From Laetmonice hystrix (taxonomy: Eukaryota): a DNA stretch of 64,000 nucleotides. Each line of letters begins with the position of its first letter. Position 1 is the stretch's first letter. The DNA is taken from assembly GCA_965235115.1 (NCBI GenBank), contig OZ249436.1, positions 30,320,001-30,384,000 on the forward strand. The letters run 5' to 3'. The notes under the pieces were generated by a model. It saw nothing but the letters and a program-made list of their open reading frames with translations. It was not told the origin of the DNA and ran no database searches. This document shows, piece after piece, positions 13,276-26,092 of the stretch. The position numbers and the translations under genes were made by a program.

Positions 13276-14391
13276 CTAAAATGGGGCTACGTCATGCATT
13301 ATGTCATAAATTGCATTTCCGCTTCCTTTTTTGCAAACGAGGCTACCAACGGCTTCAAAACGAATATTTGAACAGTTGAAACCTGAACACTGCCTGCTCA
13401 GTGCCATTGCAGGCGACCCAGCGCAGAGGCAGACTACAGGAGTGCACCCGAGATGGCGCAATCCCAAAATTAGCCACAAACAATACCAATAGGCTTGCCG
13501 AGGCGAGGAGTTGATTGGGGAGTGACGCAAGAATGGGGAAAACATTGACACAAAGCATGCATGGGACATTAGCCCGGGTGAAACACGTAACGCGGGTGCA
13601 TCAGTTTGTCTGCACCGTATTGGAGTGTCCCGTTTAACAAGCTCTTTATCTTCATGGCATTGTTACATGATCTCTTGGCGACACAACTGTTATATATTAC
13701 CATGGGCCTCATTTACTCGCACATGTGTAGGTTTGTATGTTGTTATAACAGCTATCTGCACGGAAGAGTCTCCCAAGTCCAATATGTGGTTCGTTGATCG
13801 GGCTGATTGTATTGCAATCTGTGACGTCACAGCGAGGACCCTGGAAAAATAGGCAGAGGCCAGCCCGCGGAGGAGGAGTGGCAAATTTCCAACAATCAGT
13901 CAGATTGGAGCATATCAGCAACCTGCTATATGTGTGGGGTTTGCAAATTTGCTCAAAGTACAGACGTCTACTTGCGTTGTTGCGGGCCAGAATATGCATG
14001 TCAAAAACATGCAAAGGGCCGCATGACTATATGACACGCGAAATGCTTATAACACAACGAGAACTGCTACCGAACATTTGATTGAATAATTCCTTATTTA
14101 AATTTACACTGTGCATATCAAATTAGATTTACGGGAAGTACGCCGAGGAGAAAAACAGGGGTGGAACCCTCTTTGTTGGGAATCTTCTGTGGCTCCTAAC
14201 GATATTCGTTCAGGGAATTTCACACTTAGCGAGGCACGCAAATCAATGCACGCAGTTCTGTTTTCAAATCTGTGATGTCCTTGTGTGGCGTTGCATATTT
14301 CAATGGCCCCTGCATTGGAAACCAGTGAAATGGGACCTAGAAAGGTTGAAGTACGTAATGCAATAGGTGCACTTATTAAAGCCTCTTGCAT
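13276..14391 (-). pseudogene. Decayed intronless coding-like segment, unrecognised
   Basis: Chain of overlapping or adjacent minus-strand ORF pieces (14104-14391, 13709-14014, 13690-13884, 13276-13569) covering ~1.1 kb, as expected for one frameshifted gene. Confidence 0.3.
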
Positions 14392-15216
14392 GTAGTCCGT
14401 ATATTAAACCCCTCCCAAACATGCAAAAGTTTAATTCCGTTGAGCATCGTGTGGAAGGAAATTATACGGGATGAGACATGTTTGTGATTAATCTCAGGGC
14501 AGGGTGTGATATTATATGATCAGATGATAGATACACGCATTGTTCTGTGTCAGGGCTACTGAAGAATGGCCCAGCGTGTCCTATCGTCAGCAGGCCAGCC
14601 CGCCCCAACACCTCGCCTACCACTGCCCGTGTTTTGACCTGACCTAGTGCCCTCCACACTTTCTGTGCGCACCTTGTCCGAGTTACAACCCTGAAGGTCT
14701 CAATAGGACATTCTTCTTTTCTTTAGTTCGTGTTTGACATAATATCACGAAAAGTGTCACAACAACATAGCCACGGCAGAATTGACGAACAGGTGCACCA
14801 GACAGCTATCGCCCCCTACCATCCGTACGGGGAACCAAGACCTCATGGCGTGTCGGTATGTCAGGTCAGCGATGGCGACGGGAAGATGGCAGTGGCGCCA
14901 CCTATGGCCAGTTACTCCACATCCGTGATATGTAACTGGCTATAGTAGGGCCTACAAGTCTGAATCTCAAAACGCGTATAGGTCTAATCATAGGTGGGAT
15001 CTACAGGATAAGTTCAGTTATAGACAGGTGTATATATAGGTTGTAGGTCATTATACTGATACTGACGAGTAAAAATGTTTCGCCGTCCTTGCGTGGAATA
15101 ACCATTAGAAAATACTGTTCCAACTCCGATGTAAGGTCTGTCATTATAAATATATGGTCGGTCTGTCATTGATGTGCATCATTTTCTATATTTCGGAATC
15201 ACACCCCATTAGTCTT

Positions 15217-16006
15217 CTATCTGTAAGTATCATTATGTATGGCATATGGAGCACTGTTTTTGACATATATGCAAGGAAGATTAAGCAGACAAAAGAAACA
15301 ACATATACGCGGATTCTTTAGATCGGGACCAAAGGCGAGATGAGGGCAATTTACGTACTGTTCGCCGTGGGTGCTGGTAATTAGCGTGCGGGTTCTACAC
15401 GCCATTTCACTGGTGCTTTATGGAATATAATTCCTCAGCTGGGCGTCTTCCACGGCACCCGTCTGTTAGGCAGCCACCTTAGGGTATGTAGTATTGGCCT
15501 GGGCTTCAACTGGTGATGTCTGACAAGCCAACGACCCATCGTACAAGTTAAAAGACCGCCACAGATAGACGAAGGATAAGTACGAGTTTATGGCTTTCCT
15601 AACAAGCCTGTGCATTCAAGGGACCAAAGCCTTCGGTTTGGCGCGGCCAACTTTGAAGTTTATAGTATCGGGTGGGCAGGGTTGGAGGCGGTTCGACTGG
15701 GGTTGTCCTATTGTGGCACCCAGTTACAGATTGGCAGAATTCTTTGAAAAAAGCAGCTACCCTGCGGGTCGGTGGATATCGGTAGTCTCTTTCCCCGGAC
15801 CCAGCGGACCCCTCGCCCCTGACCCGTGCGACCCCGTAAGAGTTCACTTCAAAGACAAGGGTGAAAATGCCGAGCGGCGATGTTCGCTGTCTCCAAATGA
15901 GGTCTCTTCACTGACAATGGCAACCGGTGCTCTCCGCAGGTAACGCCGCATAATAATACAGGCGCCCAACCAATAAGTGGCGCCGACTTGCTATCTCACC
16001 CACCAT
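15217..16006 (-). pseudogene. Decayed intronless coding-like segment, unrecognised
   Basis: Two joined frames: MVGEIASRRHLLVGRLYYYAALP...*RDLIWRQRTSPLGIFTLVFEVNSYG... and ...MHRLVRKAINSYLSFVYLWRSFNLYDG...*...MACRTRTLITSTHGEQYVNCPHLAFGPDLKNPRICCFFCLL, with few isolated stops. Confidence 0.3.
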
Positions 16007-16585
16007 CCTAGCACCTATACGAACAGGTGGAATACCTTTCCAGGCTTACACGTTAACATAGGGGGCCCATATACTACCTTTCTTTTCTTACGGGTTCCTT
16101 GGGTTACATTTTCTTACAGGAACGGGGAAGGAAATTACTGTCGACTAGGAATTCAAACGGAATTGTCAGAGCGCCTTGGACCGCCTTGAGTGACCGACTT
16201 CCCAGCTGGCCTGTTGAAGACTTCAGGATAAAATATGAATGAGATGTTACACTTTGATAATACAGTATTCAACAACCATTACTTCATACTAAGGATGTTT
16301 TCTCAGAAGAACCTACACATGTTTTTCGTACATGAGCCTATGCCGCAATGCGCAGGAATTTATACGGTCGGGACTAGAACACATACAATACTCCTTTAAA
16401 CACTCTTTCATACATTTCATAATTTGTATGATGAAAAACTTCCCAAGGATAGTATGTAGTTACCAACTAAGCATGTGACAGACCTTTGAGTTATGATAAA
16501 CTAGAGTAGACTGTGATAATTCGTCCATGCAATTTGTACATGGCTGACTCCTTCACTTAGACACTTTATACAAACCTTACATTAA

Positions 16586-17045
16586 AGCAATCAGAATATC
16601 TCTCATTTTAATGACTCCAAAATGCAGACATGGGCTGTAAAGGTTAGATTAGGCCTCAGACTACATAAATCAATAAATGTTTACCCACAGAAATGGAGAA
16701 ATCTAATGAAATTCAACATTCCAGTTGCCTGTTTTCGCCATGAAACGAACGTCTCATGGCTGGTTTTTGACAGAATAGTTGACCTGGCGTTGACTTCAAG
16801 AACAGCCAATGAAATTCATTGGGCGATGAAACGATGAATTTTATTGGCTGTTCAAGATAATTTCAGGTCAACAACCAGCCATGAGGCTTTCGCTTCATGG
16901 CAACAACAAACTACTGGAATGTTGAATTTCATTATATAGATCTCTGTGGGTAAACATTTATTGATTTATGTAGTAGAAGGCCTAACCTAACCAGCTCATG
17001 TCTGCATTTTGGAGTCATTGAAATATGAGATACTCGGTGATTGCT
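16586..17045. mobile_element. Fold-back MITE, Kolobok-type
   Basis: The whole 460 bp is an imperfect inverted repeat (e.g. AATGACTCCAAAATGCAGACATG / CATGTCTGCATTTTGGAGTCATT; CTACATAAATCAATAAATGTTTACCCACAGA / TCTGTGGGTAAACATTTATTGATTTATGTAG). Ends AGCAATCA..TGATTGCT flanked by TTAA (16582-85, 17046-49). TTAA TSD with AG..CT ends matches Kolobok. Confidence 0.85.
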
Positions 17046-18065
17046 TTAACGTTGTACCAGAGAAAGTCTCCTAGTTCATTCAATACTATAGATCCATTAG
17101 GTGAATCTATATCTCTAAATCAGCATACCCGGTAACACATAACCCTGTCAGGATAACCGAGAAGTTCTTAGCAAATACTCGTAAGTTGATCATGATAAAT
17201 ATAGATAATGATATCATTATGATGCACTCCGATCAAAAAATTATATTGAATTATAATGTTTGAGTCAGGTTAGTGGGGCGACGGGTGGGTGGGTATATTT
17301 TAGAGGGTAATGGCAGAGGGTGTTTGAGACTGGGTGCGGTTGCTCTGGGCGGGTGTGAGGTGACAAAGTGACCCGGAGGTGGGCACCGGTGACCACAAGG
17401 TGAACAGCGCCTACATTCCACCGAGTCAAGTTGAAGCGGAGAGGAGTGGGAGGTGGGCGGGAGGGAAGGAGGGCCGTGGGCTGCTCCCTCCTCCACTGCT
17501 CGGCCGTGCATGTCCCCAACCCACCCACCCGCCATACCATTGCCGGCTGGCTGGCCAGCTATAGCGGGGCTGGCTGTAGCCTGTTGCAGTAACCCCCTCC
17601 TCATAGCAGGGGAGTCTGCCAGGCGGACAACTGCCATTGGCGGACGTGGCGAGTGAATACCGGCGAAATGGCAAGGGTTTGATCTGGCTGGATGTTATGT
17701 ACTCACACATACATACACAGTCACTCTCATCGGGACCTCAGTACGTCGAAAAAAGGTGCGACATGTACATTTTGCTAAGTTTTGCTTGTTAAGATTTGGG
17801 ATGGAACCGTTGGAGTCAGTCGTATGGAAGGTCATAGTTGGCGGATGAGATAGGCAGGGCTAACCGGGCGGACGCCTTCACAAACTGAGTGGGCGTCGGT
17901 TTTTCTACTCATTCCAAATGTTGGACGTTCAATGAAGATGGTAACACCCGTTTTTTTTCTTTTCCTTGGATGTACGCTTTTGGCTTCTCTATATTCCTTA
18001 CAGTAAACGCCACAATTAGCTGAATCATAACTCGCCAGGCAATGCTTTCTTTGGACGTATAGTCA

Positions 18066-18148
18066 AAGCGTGTAATGTACATTTCCACATGTATTTTTTT
18101 ATGGTATAGTCATAAAAAAATACATGTGGAAATGTACATTATACGCTT
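18066..18148. repeat. 38-bp-arm hairpin, 7-nt loop
   Basis: AAGCGTGTAATGTACATTTCCACATGTATTTTTTTATG (18066-18103) versus CATAAAAAAATACATGTGGAAATGTACATTATACGCTT (18111-18148); one mismatch. Confidence 0.92.
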
Positions 18149-19925
18149 AATGCTACATATCTACAGTTTATGGGAACAACCGAAGGTAACATGTACAGTC
18201 AGGTTCGAATAGGATATAATCAATACATGAATTCATGACAAGAAGCGATCTGGGGCGCCTATATACCGTCGTCTGGGTTGTGCAGTTAGATTGTTAAAAA
18301 AAGATATTTAATTATGTAAAATATTTCAAATATTTAATCGTCAGATGAAAGCAAGGGCCGTCACGGTTGCTTTAACTTAACACAGTTAGCGGCATACCGG
18401 TTTTATCCACTCCTTAAATTGGTCTGTCCTCGACACTTGGAGACGATCTGTTATATTTAGTGCATGACACAGCCCTATTCAGATGTTTTGTGCCGTTCTT
18501 TACAAAGAGTTGCTGCAAATGTCACATATCTTAACGACGCTTCTATTCATTTCTATGGGAATTTAACAGGTTAAAATTTATTGCAATACTTGTCACGATG
18601 AAAAGGAACAGTATTAGTTTTGTGCTCCCACGGAAGGCGCAGGCCTATATTACATGACGCCTATAGCGCCATGTCAGTCAGGACCCTTTTTTTTGCAGAT
18701 TGCCACTCATCTAAAACCTATAGCTGCTGGGTTTTCTCAACTGAAGAGTGTCAAGTGTAGTGACACAGATGACGTTCTCTCACTCGTGTACAGTCGACAA
18801 TTGGTTAAATCCCTTGGTATATAATAACATTCTCTATACTGTCGTCTGCCGCCGTCACGTGGTAGCTACGTGGCGGTCGCACGTCAGTGACCATTGGGGC
18901 GTCGGGCGATGCGGTTTGATGCAGGTGAATTGTCCACCTCAGTGCTGCCTGGTCATTCAGCCCCCATATGTACTTGTCTGGTTGACTGTGTATATGTAGC
19001 GAGAAAAACCGGACTGTCCGAGCGAGTTGAGGGCGTGGCTGCGGTCGTAAAGAAGTACTTATGCTGGTACTTTTATGGAGTGATAAGCATCTTAGAATTG
19101 GGGGGTGGGGAAGTGTAGGGCTGGGCTATTCAATGGTCAATGCTTGTTGATTGAGTGAAATCTTGGCCTCAGGCCTGTTTGAAGAAGGACGTAGCGAGGC
19201 CCACTCCTCAACAATCGTGGAATATCACGGCAGTGTGCAGTGGCCGGTACAATCATCTGGAGCGAAAACCGCGCCTTCTCATGCGTATACTCTCAGTCTA
19301 AATTACAGAAAATACTGTACGGTTTTTGGGGGTTCATCCTTATAGGTCTATGCGTGTGGCTATATCTTATTTGTAGACCTCCCGTCATTACTCTCAGTCA
19401 GTCGCGTTGTCTTTGCCTGTTGTACAATGATATACGACAATTGCAGCAACGGTGACATGCGACTTTGGGTAGTTGAATTAATGGATTGTATGATTGGTGG
19501 CAACTTTTGGCATCTTGCCGGATGGCGATTGCCTTGCAGTGCCCGCCTGCACTAGAACATCCCGCCGGCCTATAACTCCTCCTGCCATTGCTGCGTGTAT
19601 CGGCCTGGTATTGCGGAGACGGTGGTTGCAGTCGTACATACAGGACCGGCTGCCGTCGGTTGAGACCCCGACGGCAGTGTATAAACGTCACGGGCCAGCG
19701 ACCGCTCGGAATATAAGACCGACCACTTTCACGGCAGACGACAGTCATGGATCACGACATTTCAGAGATATATCGTCCTCTGAGATAATTACGCGGAGTG
19801 TTCAGTCTGGCCCCCATGTATAGGGCGAGCTGGTGGATGGAGTGGCCTCCACTTGGGCGCTGTGCATGCATGGGGGGCGGTCGGTGGGCTGCGGTAACCA
19901 AGCTGCGTGCATACCGTCAGGCTAT

Positions 19926-20068
19926 TGGTCCCAGAGAGTGAAAACTTGCTCATCCAGTTGAGCAAGAGTTTCGATATGCTCTATCTGTCCCACATACCGA
20001 CTGAGCTGTGGTTTACGAAGGAGGGGAAAGCCTGCTGAAGCAACTGCGACGATGGATTTGATGGAATG
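19926..20068 (+). pseudogene. Possible decayed MADF/Myb-like exon
   Basis: WS, frameshift, ESENLLIQLSKSFDMLYLSHIP, later ESLLKQL in another frame, ending at a consensus donor G|GTAAGC (20069). Resembles a MADF N-terminus (W....E..LI.L......LY...H). Confidence 0.35.
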
Positions 20069-21681
20069 GTAAGCAGCGTGAGGCCTGGCGGCCGACAGCG
20101 ATGGAAGGCCGTGCATGATATCAATGTGTTTGAACTGGAGGACCGCCCATCACACCACCCCAGCCTCCATCCGTTGCCCTGGATGTGCACGTTGGCAGTC
20201 TGCACCCTGAGACAGTATAGGCCGTCATGGAGTTTACCTGGATACGGTGAGGGCGGTGTAAGTGGTTGGGGGGGGGGGGGGCTGTCACCTCGCCATCATT
20301 TCCCTACTCAACGAAGACAGATCCATGTTCCCGTTCCTGTTCCCGTTCCTGTTCCCGTATAGGGCCAATCTGACGAGCCGGGCTTTCCATCGGAAACGGA
20401 ACAAGAATGCTGTTTATGATTTGTTTTTAATCGCGGATAATTCGTCGTGGTAATGATTTTATTAAGGTGCAGGGAGACTCGAGGCCGGCGCGGACTGGTT
20501 TACTAATGAGGGCATTTTTAGAGATGACAGCTGCTCAGTAATGCATCTATATATACTATTATATGTATCATTTCGTTGCTGTCTGACGCTGGTATTGTTT
20601 TGGAATCATTGGATCCATACATTTGACATGACCTTATTAGATCCGTAATTTGATGAAAGCCTGATGATTACTACTGACTGTAGTTCTATGCCTCTGTGAC
20701 TCATGCCCAGGATCCAAGATCTAAAACACAGCACACATCGTCACAATGTTGGACATTGAATTCGCGACTGATTTTTTCCCCGTTTAAAATGGAACAGTTA
20801 AATGCATGGAATCGCCTATGAAAACATTATTGTTGATAACGAAATGACTTCCAGGCATTCTTAACATTAAACAACCAACATGGAATACACCAAATCATTC
20901 AGTGCGAGGCCTATAGCCGAGTAGGCTACATCCGAAACAAACAAAAAAACATTTTAGCTCGTTTTCCATTGACAAAACAAAATGGCCTTGGCTCATGGAA
21001 ATTAAACGAGCTTTGGACGGCGGCCTATTGGAAGAACGCGTGCCCGGGAAAGGATTATAAACGCCCTGCTGAGAGCTCTTCCGATTTTACCAGAATCTTT
21101 TTTTCACTTTGACATATTTTTTGCCTTTTTGTGGTATTTATGGATAGACACCATAAACTCTTCACCAAAGTGACTGGTTGCCAATCAGGACTTTGCGCAC
21201 AGGATATCCAAGTATCAAGGCATCGCGAAAGTATCCATTGCAAGCTGAGAAGGCCATGCGAGCCCTGGTCGTGCATTCAGTACTTAGAAACCCACCAACA
21301 GGTTCGCCCTCGCCAACCAAACACCGACTCATGCGTGCATGGCGCGTGCAGGCACGCTTTGCACGTCATTGACGGGCCTGGGCCAGCAGCAGCAGCAGCA
21401 GCAGCAGCTGCCAGGCCAGTCCGGGGCCCTGTCCAGGACCCGTGTGCTTCCCTCGCTGCCCCGCTGGTGACGAGGCGCGCTGAAGAGAGGAGAGATGCCC
21501 GGGCTGCCGCGAGGGCCACGCCGGCGACGCCTGCCGAGCCGCGCCTGCTGTTTGCTGCTGCTGCTTCTGCTGCTGCTGCAAGAACGAAAGCCGGGGGTTT
21601 CCAATGCCACCAACTGCACCACCATCCGCTGCACGGCGCTCCGTCGGCGCGTGCATCTCGCCGACACTTCACCACAGTCAC

Positions 21682-21716
21682 TGCGCATGCGCCAGGCTTT
21701 GCATTTTGGCGCGAAA
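21682..21716. promoter_or_regulatory. NRF1-like and E2F-like sites in a CpG-rich island
   Basis: TGCGCATGCGCC (21682-21693; 11/12 to the NRF1 palindrome TGCGCATGCGCA) and TTTGGCGCGAAA (21705-21716; reverse complement TTTCGCGCCAAA, the classical overlapping E2F dyad), 11 bp apart. A donor-like ATG|GTAAGC lies at ~21731. Confidence 0.45.
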
Positions 21717-23029
21717 CCATCGGTGCAATGGTAAGCTACGCTTTAAATGGTAGGTGCGACCATGAACGCTGATTGACCAGGCCATGTTGTGACGTAACGC
21801 GATGCTCTCACAGGACATTTTACTATGCGGGGGCGGAGGATGACACAAGAAAGCTTTAGAAGGTGACCTTACCGTACCAACCAACTAGTCGACACCCTGG
21901 GAGAACATGGCTTTTACCAGGTCAGTCATGTTGAGAGCGGCCTGTGGAAGAGGTAAGGCTCCGACAGTTTATACGAACCGTGGTGAGGACGGTCTTATAT
22001 CGCTGTCCGACAAGTAAAGTATATAGTATGGGTTCGTCCTATGGCGCCGGCTTGGCGGGGTGGTCGTCAGTCAGTGCCTCAGTCGTACACGGGCGGGGAC
22101 TCAGCAGGTATAGTCTACCACCCGCCAACCGATCAGGCCAACCACTGGGGTTCTTCAATACACCACACAGGCGCAATTTCGTCATTATTATATCGATCCA
22201 ATTGCCTTATAATTTCTTTGGCCACAGGGAACTTCCTATATATACAAGTATGTGATCGAATGATCATTTATATTTTCGTCACAGCGAAATTTCAGCTCAT
22301 GTTGTTTAGGCTAAGTATATGCCTTCGTTGTCGTTTTTGGTTAGGGAACCAATGGCTTTCGCATAACATCATCCACGAAGAATTCGCGAGACGTAAAATG
22401 TATTGATCTCTAGATTGGCGTTGCGCTATCAAGGACAAACGCAGAGAAGGAGAGAGAAGGAGAGAGAGGGAGGGAGAGAGGGAGATGAGGAAAAAACTTT
22501 GACAAACAAGACGTGGTCGTGCTAGCAGGGGGTCGGGTTGGAGCGACGGGACAGGCAGCGTCCTATATTACCCTTGATTATCCCAGGTATAACGACTGAA
22601 TTTCACATTACAACTGGTTTTATACATGGGTAAAGTGGATAACCTTCACATAATGCCTGGATATAAAGCGAGTCACATTCACATAAGGTTGACTGTGCAT
22701 GGGTATAATGTATTGGATAGATGGGTACGAATGACTCGTACAACGGCTGACCCGTATACCTAAATGGGCATGGCATAAGGCTACACAAATATGAGCGTGA
22801 GTTGCACCCAAGCGTGTCCATTTACATTTTTTGAGGAAATGTTATTGTTTAACAAAGGTAAATTAAGGTGGCGGGAGGGTGTTGTCATATTTGGTTTGGG
22901 GTAAGGGTAGGAGCCCATAATCCTTCAGATTAAAACATGTATGACTTTACATGGTTTTAACGTGAACCCTATTTTATTTCCGGTGTTCAATAACTTGCTT
23001 GAATTGTAGACGCTTTCCTTACTCCGGGT

Positions 23030-23161
23030 TGTGACTACCCCGGAGTCTGCCTACCCTGTGTTCTGACTACCCCGTGTTCTAAATATCATATGTTCTGACT
23101 ACCCCGGCGTGTTCTGACTACCCCGGCGTGTTCTGACTACCCCGGCGTGTTCTGACTACCC
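23030..23161. repeat. 19-bp tandem repeat, ~3.5 perfect plus degenerate copies
   Basis: GTGTTCTGACTACCCCGGC repeated 23091-23161, with degenerate TGACTACCC copies upstream. Confidence 0.85.
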
Positions 23162-26044
23162 TATGTCTTGTATACGGTCCTCGTTTACGGCGATGGTGTG
23201 ATCGTTGGCCCTCGGTTTCAGGAACAACCATCGAGAGTGCAGCACGCGATTGAAATCTAGTTCACAGAAATTGTGTTTCAACATGATTAACTGAGGCATG
23301 CCCAACTTACTTTATACAGCAGTCGCTAAAGGAATTTAGCCTGCACCATGCAAGGCATGCAAATTACCGATGGCAGGTCATGTCCAAAAGTACATATTCA
23401 TGTACAATGCTTAAAGCAAATAGTTGTGAAGCATCGCGTCATAATGTCTGGCGTGCAGAACATGCTAGCGTTATTTGCAATTAAATGTAATGGTGCGAGA
23501 AAATCTAACATGCAAGGTTTCTTACACGATGCGCCCAAGGTTTCTATACCCGTTATGTCATAATAGCGTGCGGAGTGAGTAAATCTGTATAATTTGAAGT
23601 GTGGGTCTGTATAGTCACCCCCAGGTGATTGCTATGCATGCGAAGAGGTTATATAAAATAGTTAAAGAGATATACAGGGATATATATACCTACTTCAATC
23701 ATGCATATATAGTACTAAACAGTCACATAATAATAGTGCATTATGCACGTAAGAAGAGTGCATGGATTTTACAAGTCTACAAAGTTTTTCAAACCCAAAG
23801 TTGTAATGACGCCGTTCTCTGGAACAGCACATGCAACATTTCGGTATATTTTGATTAGATTCAGAGGGAGGCAGATTAGTACTGTCAGTCATTATGAATT
23901 TACATGGCAGGAGCCATCAATCTCAAGCATATCTGTTGTCCGTCAGATCGTATTTTATGCCAACATTTCATTGCCTGGATCAGACTCATGGCAAAGCCGT
24001 ATTCAGCACATCCTCATCACCAATGGTGAGCAGATCTTAATGTACATGACAGTGCAATAGTTCTTGTGCATATTCACCATCATTTTCTGAATAAGGATTA
24101 CTACCTACATACATATATATCTATACCCACGTAGGCCTTATGGTTCATTACTTACAAGTCAAAACCATGAAGGTTGCATATGTGCCAATATGATATATAT
24201 TATACAGCCCCTTTATTTGCGAAGCTACAGATTATACCACTCTCATTTGTACTATATTCAACCTCGTAAGTTAATAATTAATCAAAGTGAAAGGCACAGC
24301 CGTACTGAAGACACGAACTTATTAACACCTAAAAACGTACTTGGTGGCGCTGCGAGCGCTGTGAATCCTGTTAGGTGATGACGCAATGGTTACACGCACG
24401 CTGAGCTTGTCGAGTGCTCGCTGTATGCATGTGGTCCCTGCCCGTTACCGTGTGCACTCGCAGAGCTTCTCTCACGGTCGATATTCCATGCCATTAGAAT
24501 TCAATCTATGCCAAGTCTAGGGCCAAGGTATGACTAAGCCATCGTATTGAATTTTCAATGATCTCAACTCGCTTATATTGAATGTCAAGAGGTCCTGATT
24601 GCAATTTTAATTTTAGACCAAGGTTAGTCATTTCAGACTGGAGGTTATATACTGATGAACCAGATGCCCTTGATTTTTATTTTTATTTTTTTTTTTTGGT
24701 AACGTAGTTTTTGCAAAATAAAATAAGATTATTTATGTCTCACTTTTTCAGGGACAAGAAATTTCGCCCAACATTGTGTCGTATTTTAACTGAACGAAGT
24801 ACGTGAGCGCGAGCATGCAGGAACAGAAAGACATGAGATTCTATACTTGGTATGTATGTTCATAATACCTAATGCAATAGATTCCTTTTTCTACTATAAT
24901 ATTATGGTGTATAAATTCGCCTAAGAATGATAACAAACACATGTCCTTAAACAATTAAGGCGATCAATAACGCATGATAAAGGATCTAATAACGTAGTTA
25001 GTACGTTCTAGATATATGTGCCAGTCACTATAATCTGAGACGATGACCATTTGTGTTCAAATGAATTAACAAGGTTTTTACCCACCTGCCCCTTCCTCCC
25101 TTGAGGAAAACCAACTCTGTGGCAGATTACACCAGATTATAATATCAGTTATAGAAAATCAAGTTCACAGACATCCATATCCCTCGTAGGGGGGGGGGGG
25201 GTGAAGACCCTCTGGCCAAGGGTGCCCCTAATATTTTCAAGATTCAAAATTAAGTCGAGTTGCCATTTTTTTATTGTTCTTCTTGTAGTTGTGTACTGCC
25301 CAGATGCCCCCTTGAATTCGAATTCGCCCCACTCTTTGGAAATCATGGGGGCGCCTATGGTGACATCTGTTTGAATGTTATATCACTTAGTCGTACACCA
25401 CATTCTTTGAAAGGGGCTATATAAAAAATCAACCCCTATTTAGAATCGAAATTAGGCCTACTATAGTACACACTGAATATATAGGCCTATAATGCAATGT
25501 TTCCTTCTACTTTTTTTTGCCCCATCCGAGTGCAACGTCCTTCGCCGTCCACAACTGCTCATGCTTGGTGGCTGGCTTGCCGGATGGTGTGACGCAGCGG
25601 AAAAGAGTCCAACGCCAAGTCCTGCTGCGCATTAATATCAGTAAGGTGCGTGACGATGGTTAGCGGTTGGTGATGCTTCGATCGTCGGCCGGCTGACCTA
25701 TCCGGCTGTCTCCGGAGATGACCGAGGGGGCCTGGTCAGTCAGCCTGCCCAGCAGCAGCCTGTCGATCCGATCAGGACAGACGTGCCACAGGACAGGTGC
25801 CACGGGCGTCCACTCACACTGCCGACTGTATATATACGCCTATATCAATACTACATGTGAACCGGCCGACCAGTAAGGAATGCTCCTGATTCGACTCACT
25901 GGGCACGCCGTGGGTCCCCAGTGAAAGTGGCCGCGGAATCCTCTTATACTACAAGCAGCAGATATCCTATATAGCAGTGTATATAATGACCCGCCTTCCA
26001 CGCTGTAAGAGATACACAATTTTTTGTGAAGGAATGTTATTTCT

Positions 26045-26092
26045 TTACCTTTCTCTTGGGACCTTTCGACAAGGATGTATAAGATCGCGTGG
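26045..26092 (+). pseudogene. Possible decayed MADF-like segment
   Basis: Single frame LPFSWDLSTRMYKIAW resembles the MADF core P.LWD.S...YK...AW with an internal deletion; follows the GC-rich island at ~25540-25940. Confidence 0.3.

Noticed and set aside
13820..13833. CRE-containing palindrome CTGTGACGTCACAG, also at ~63232
   Set aside because: Two isolated occurrences in unrelated contexts; no evidence of function.
21131..21772. 213-aa Ala-rich ORF as a transcription-factor exon
   Set aside because: Non-ATG start, overlapping open frames on both strands due to high GC and triplet repeats, and no recognisable domain.
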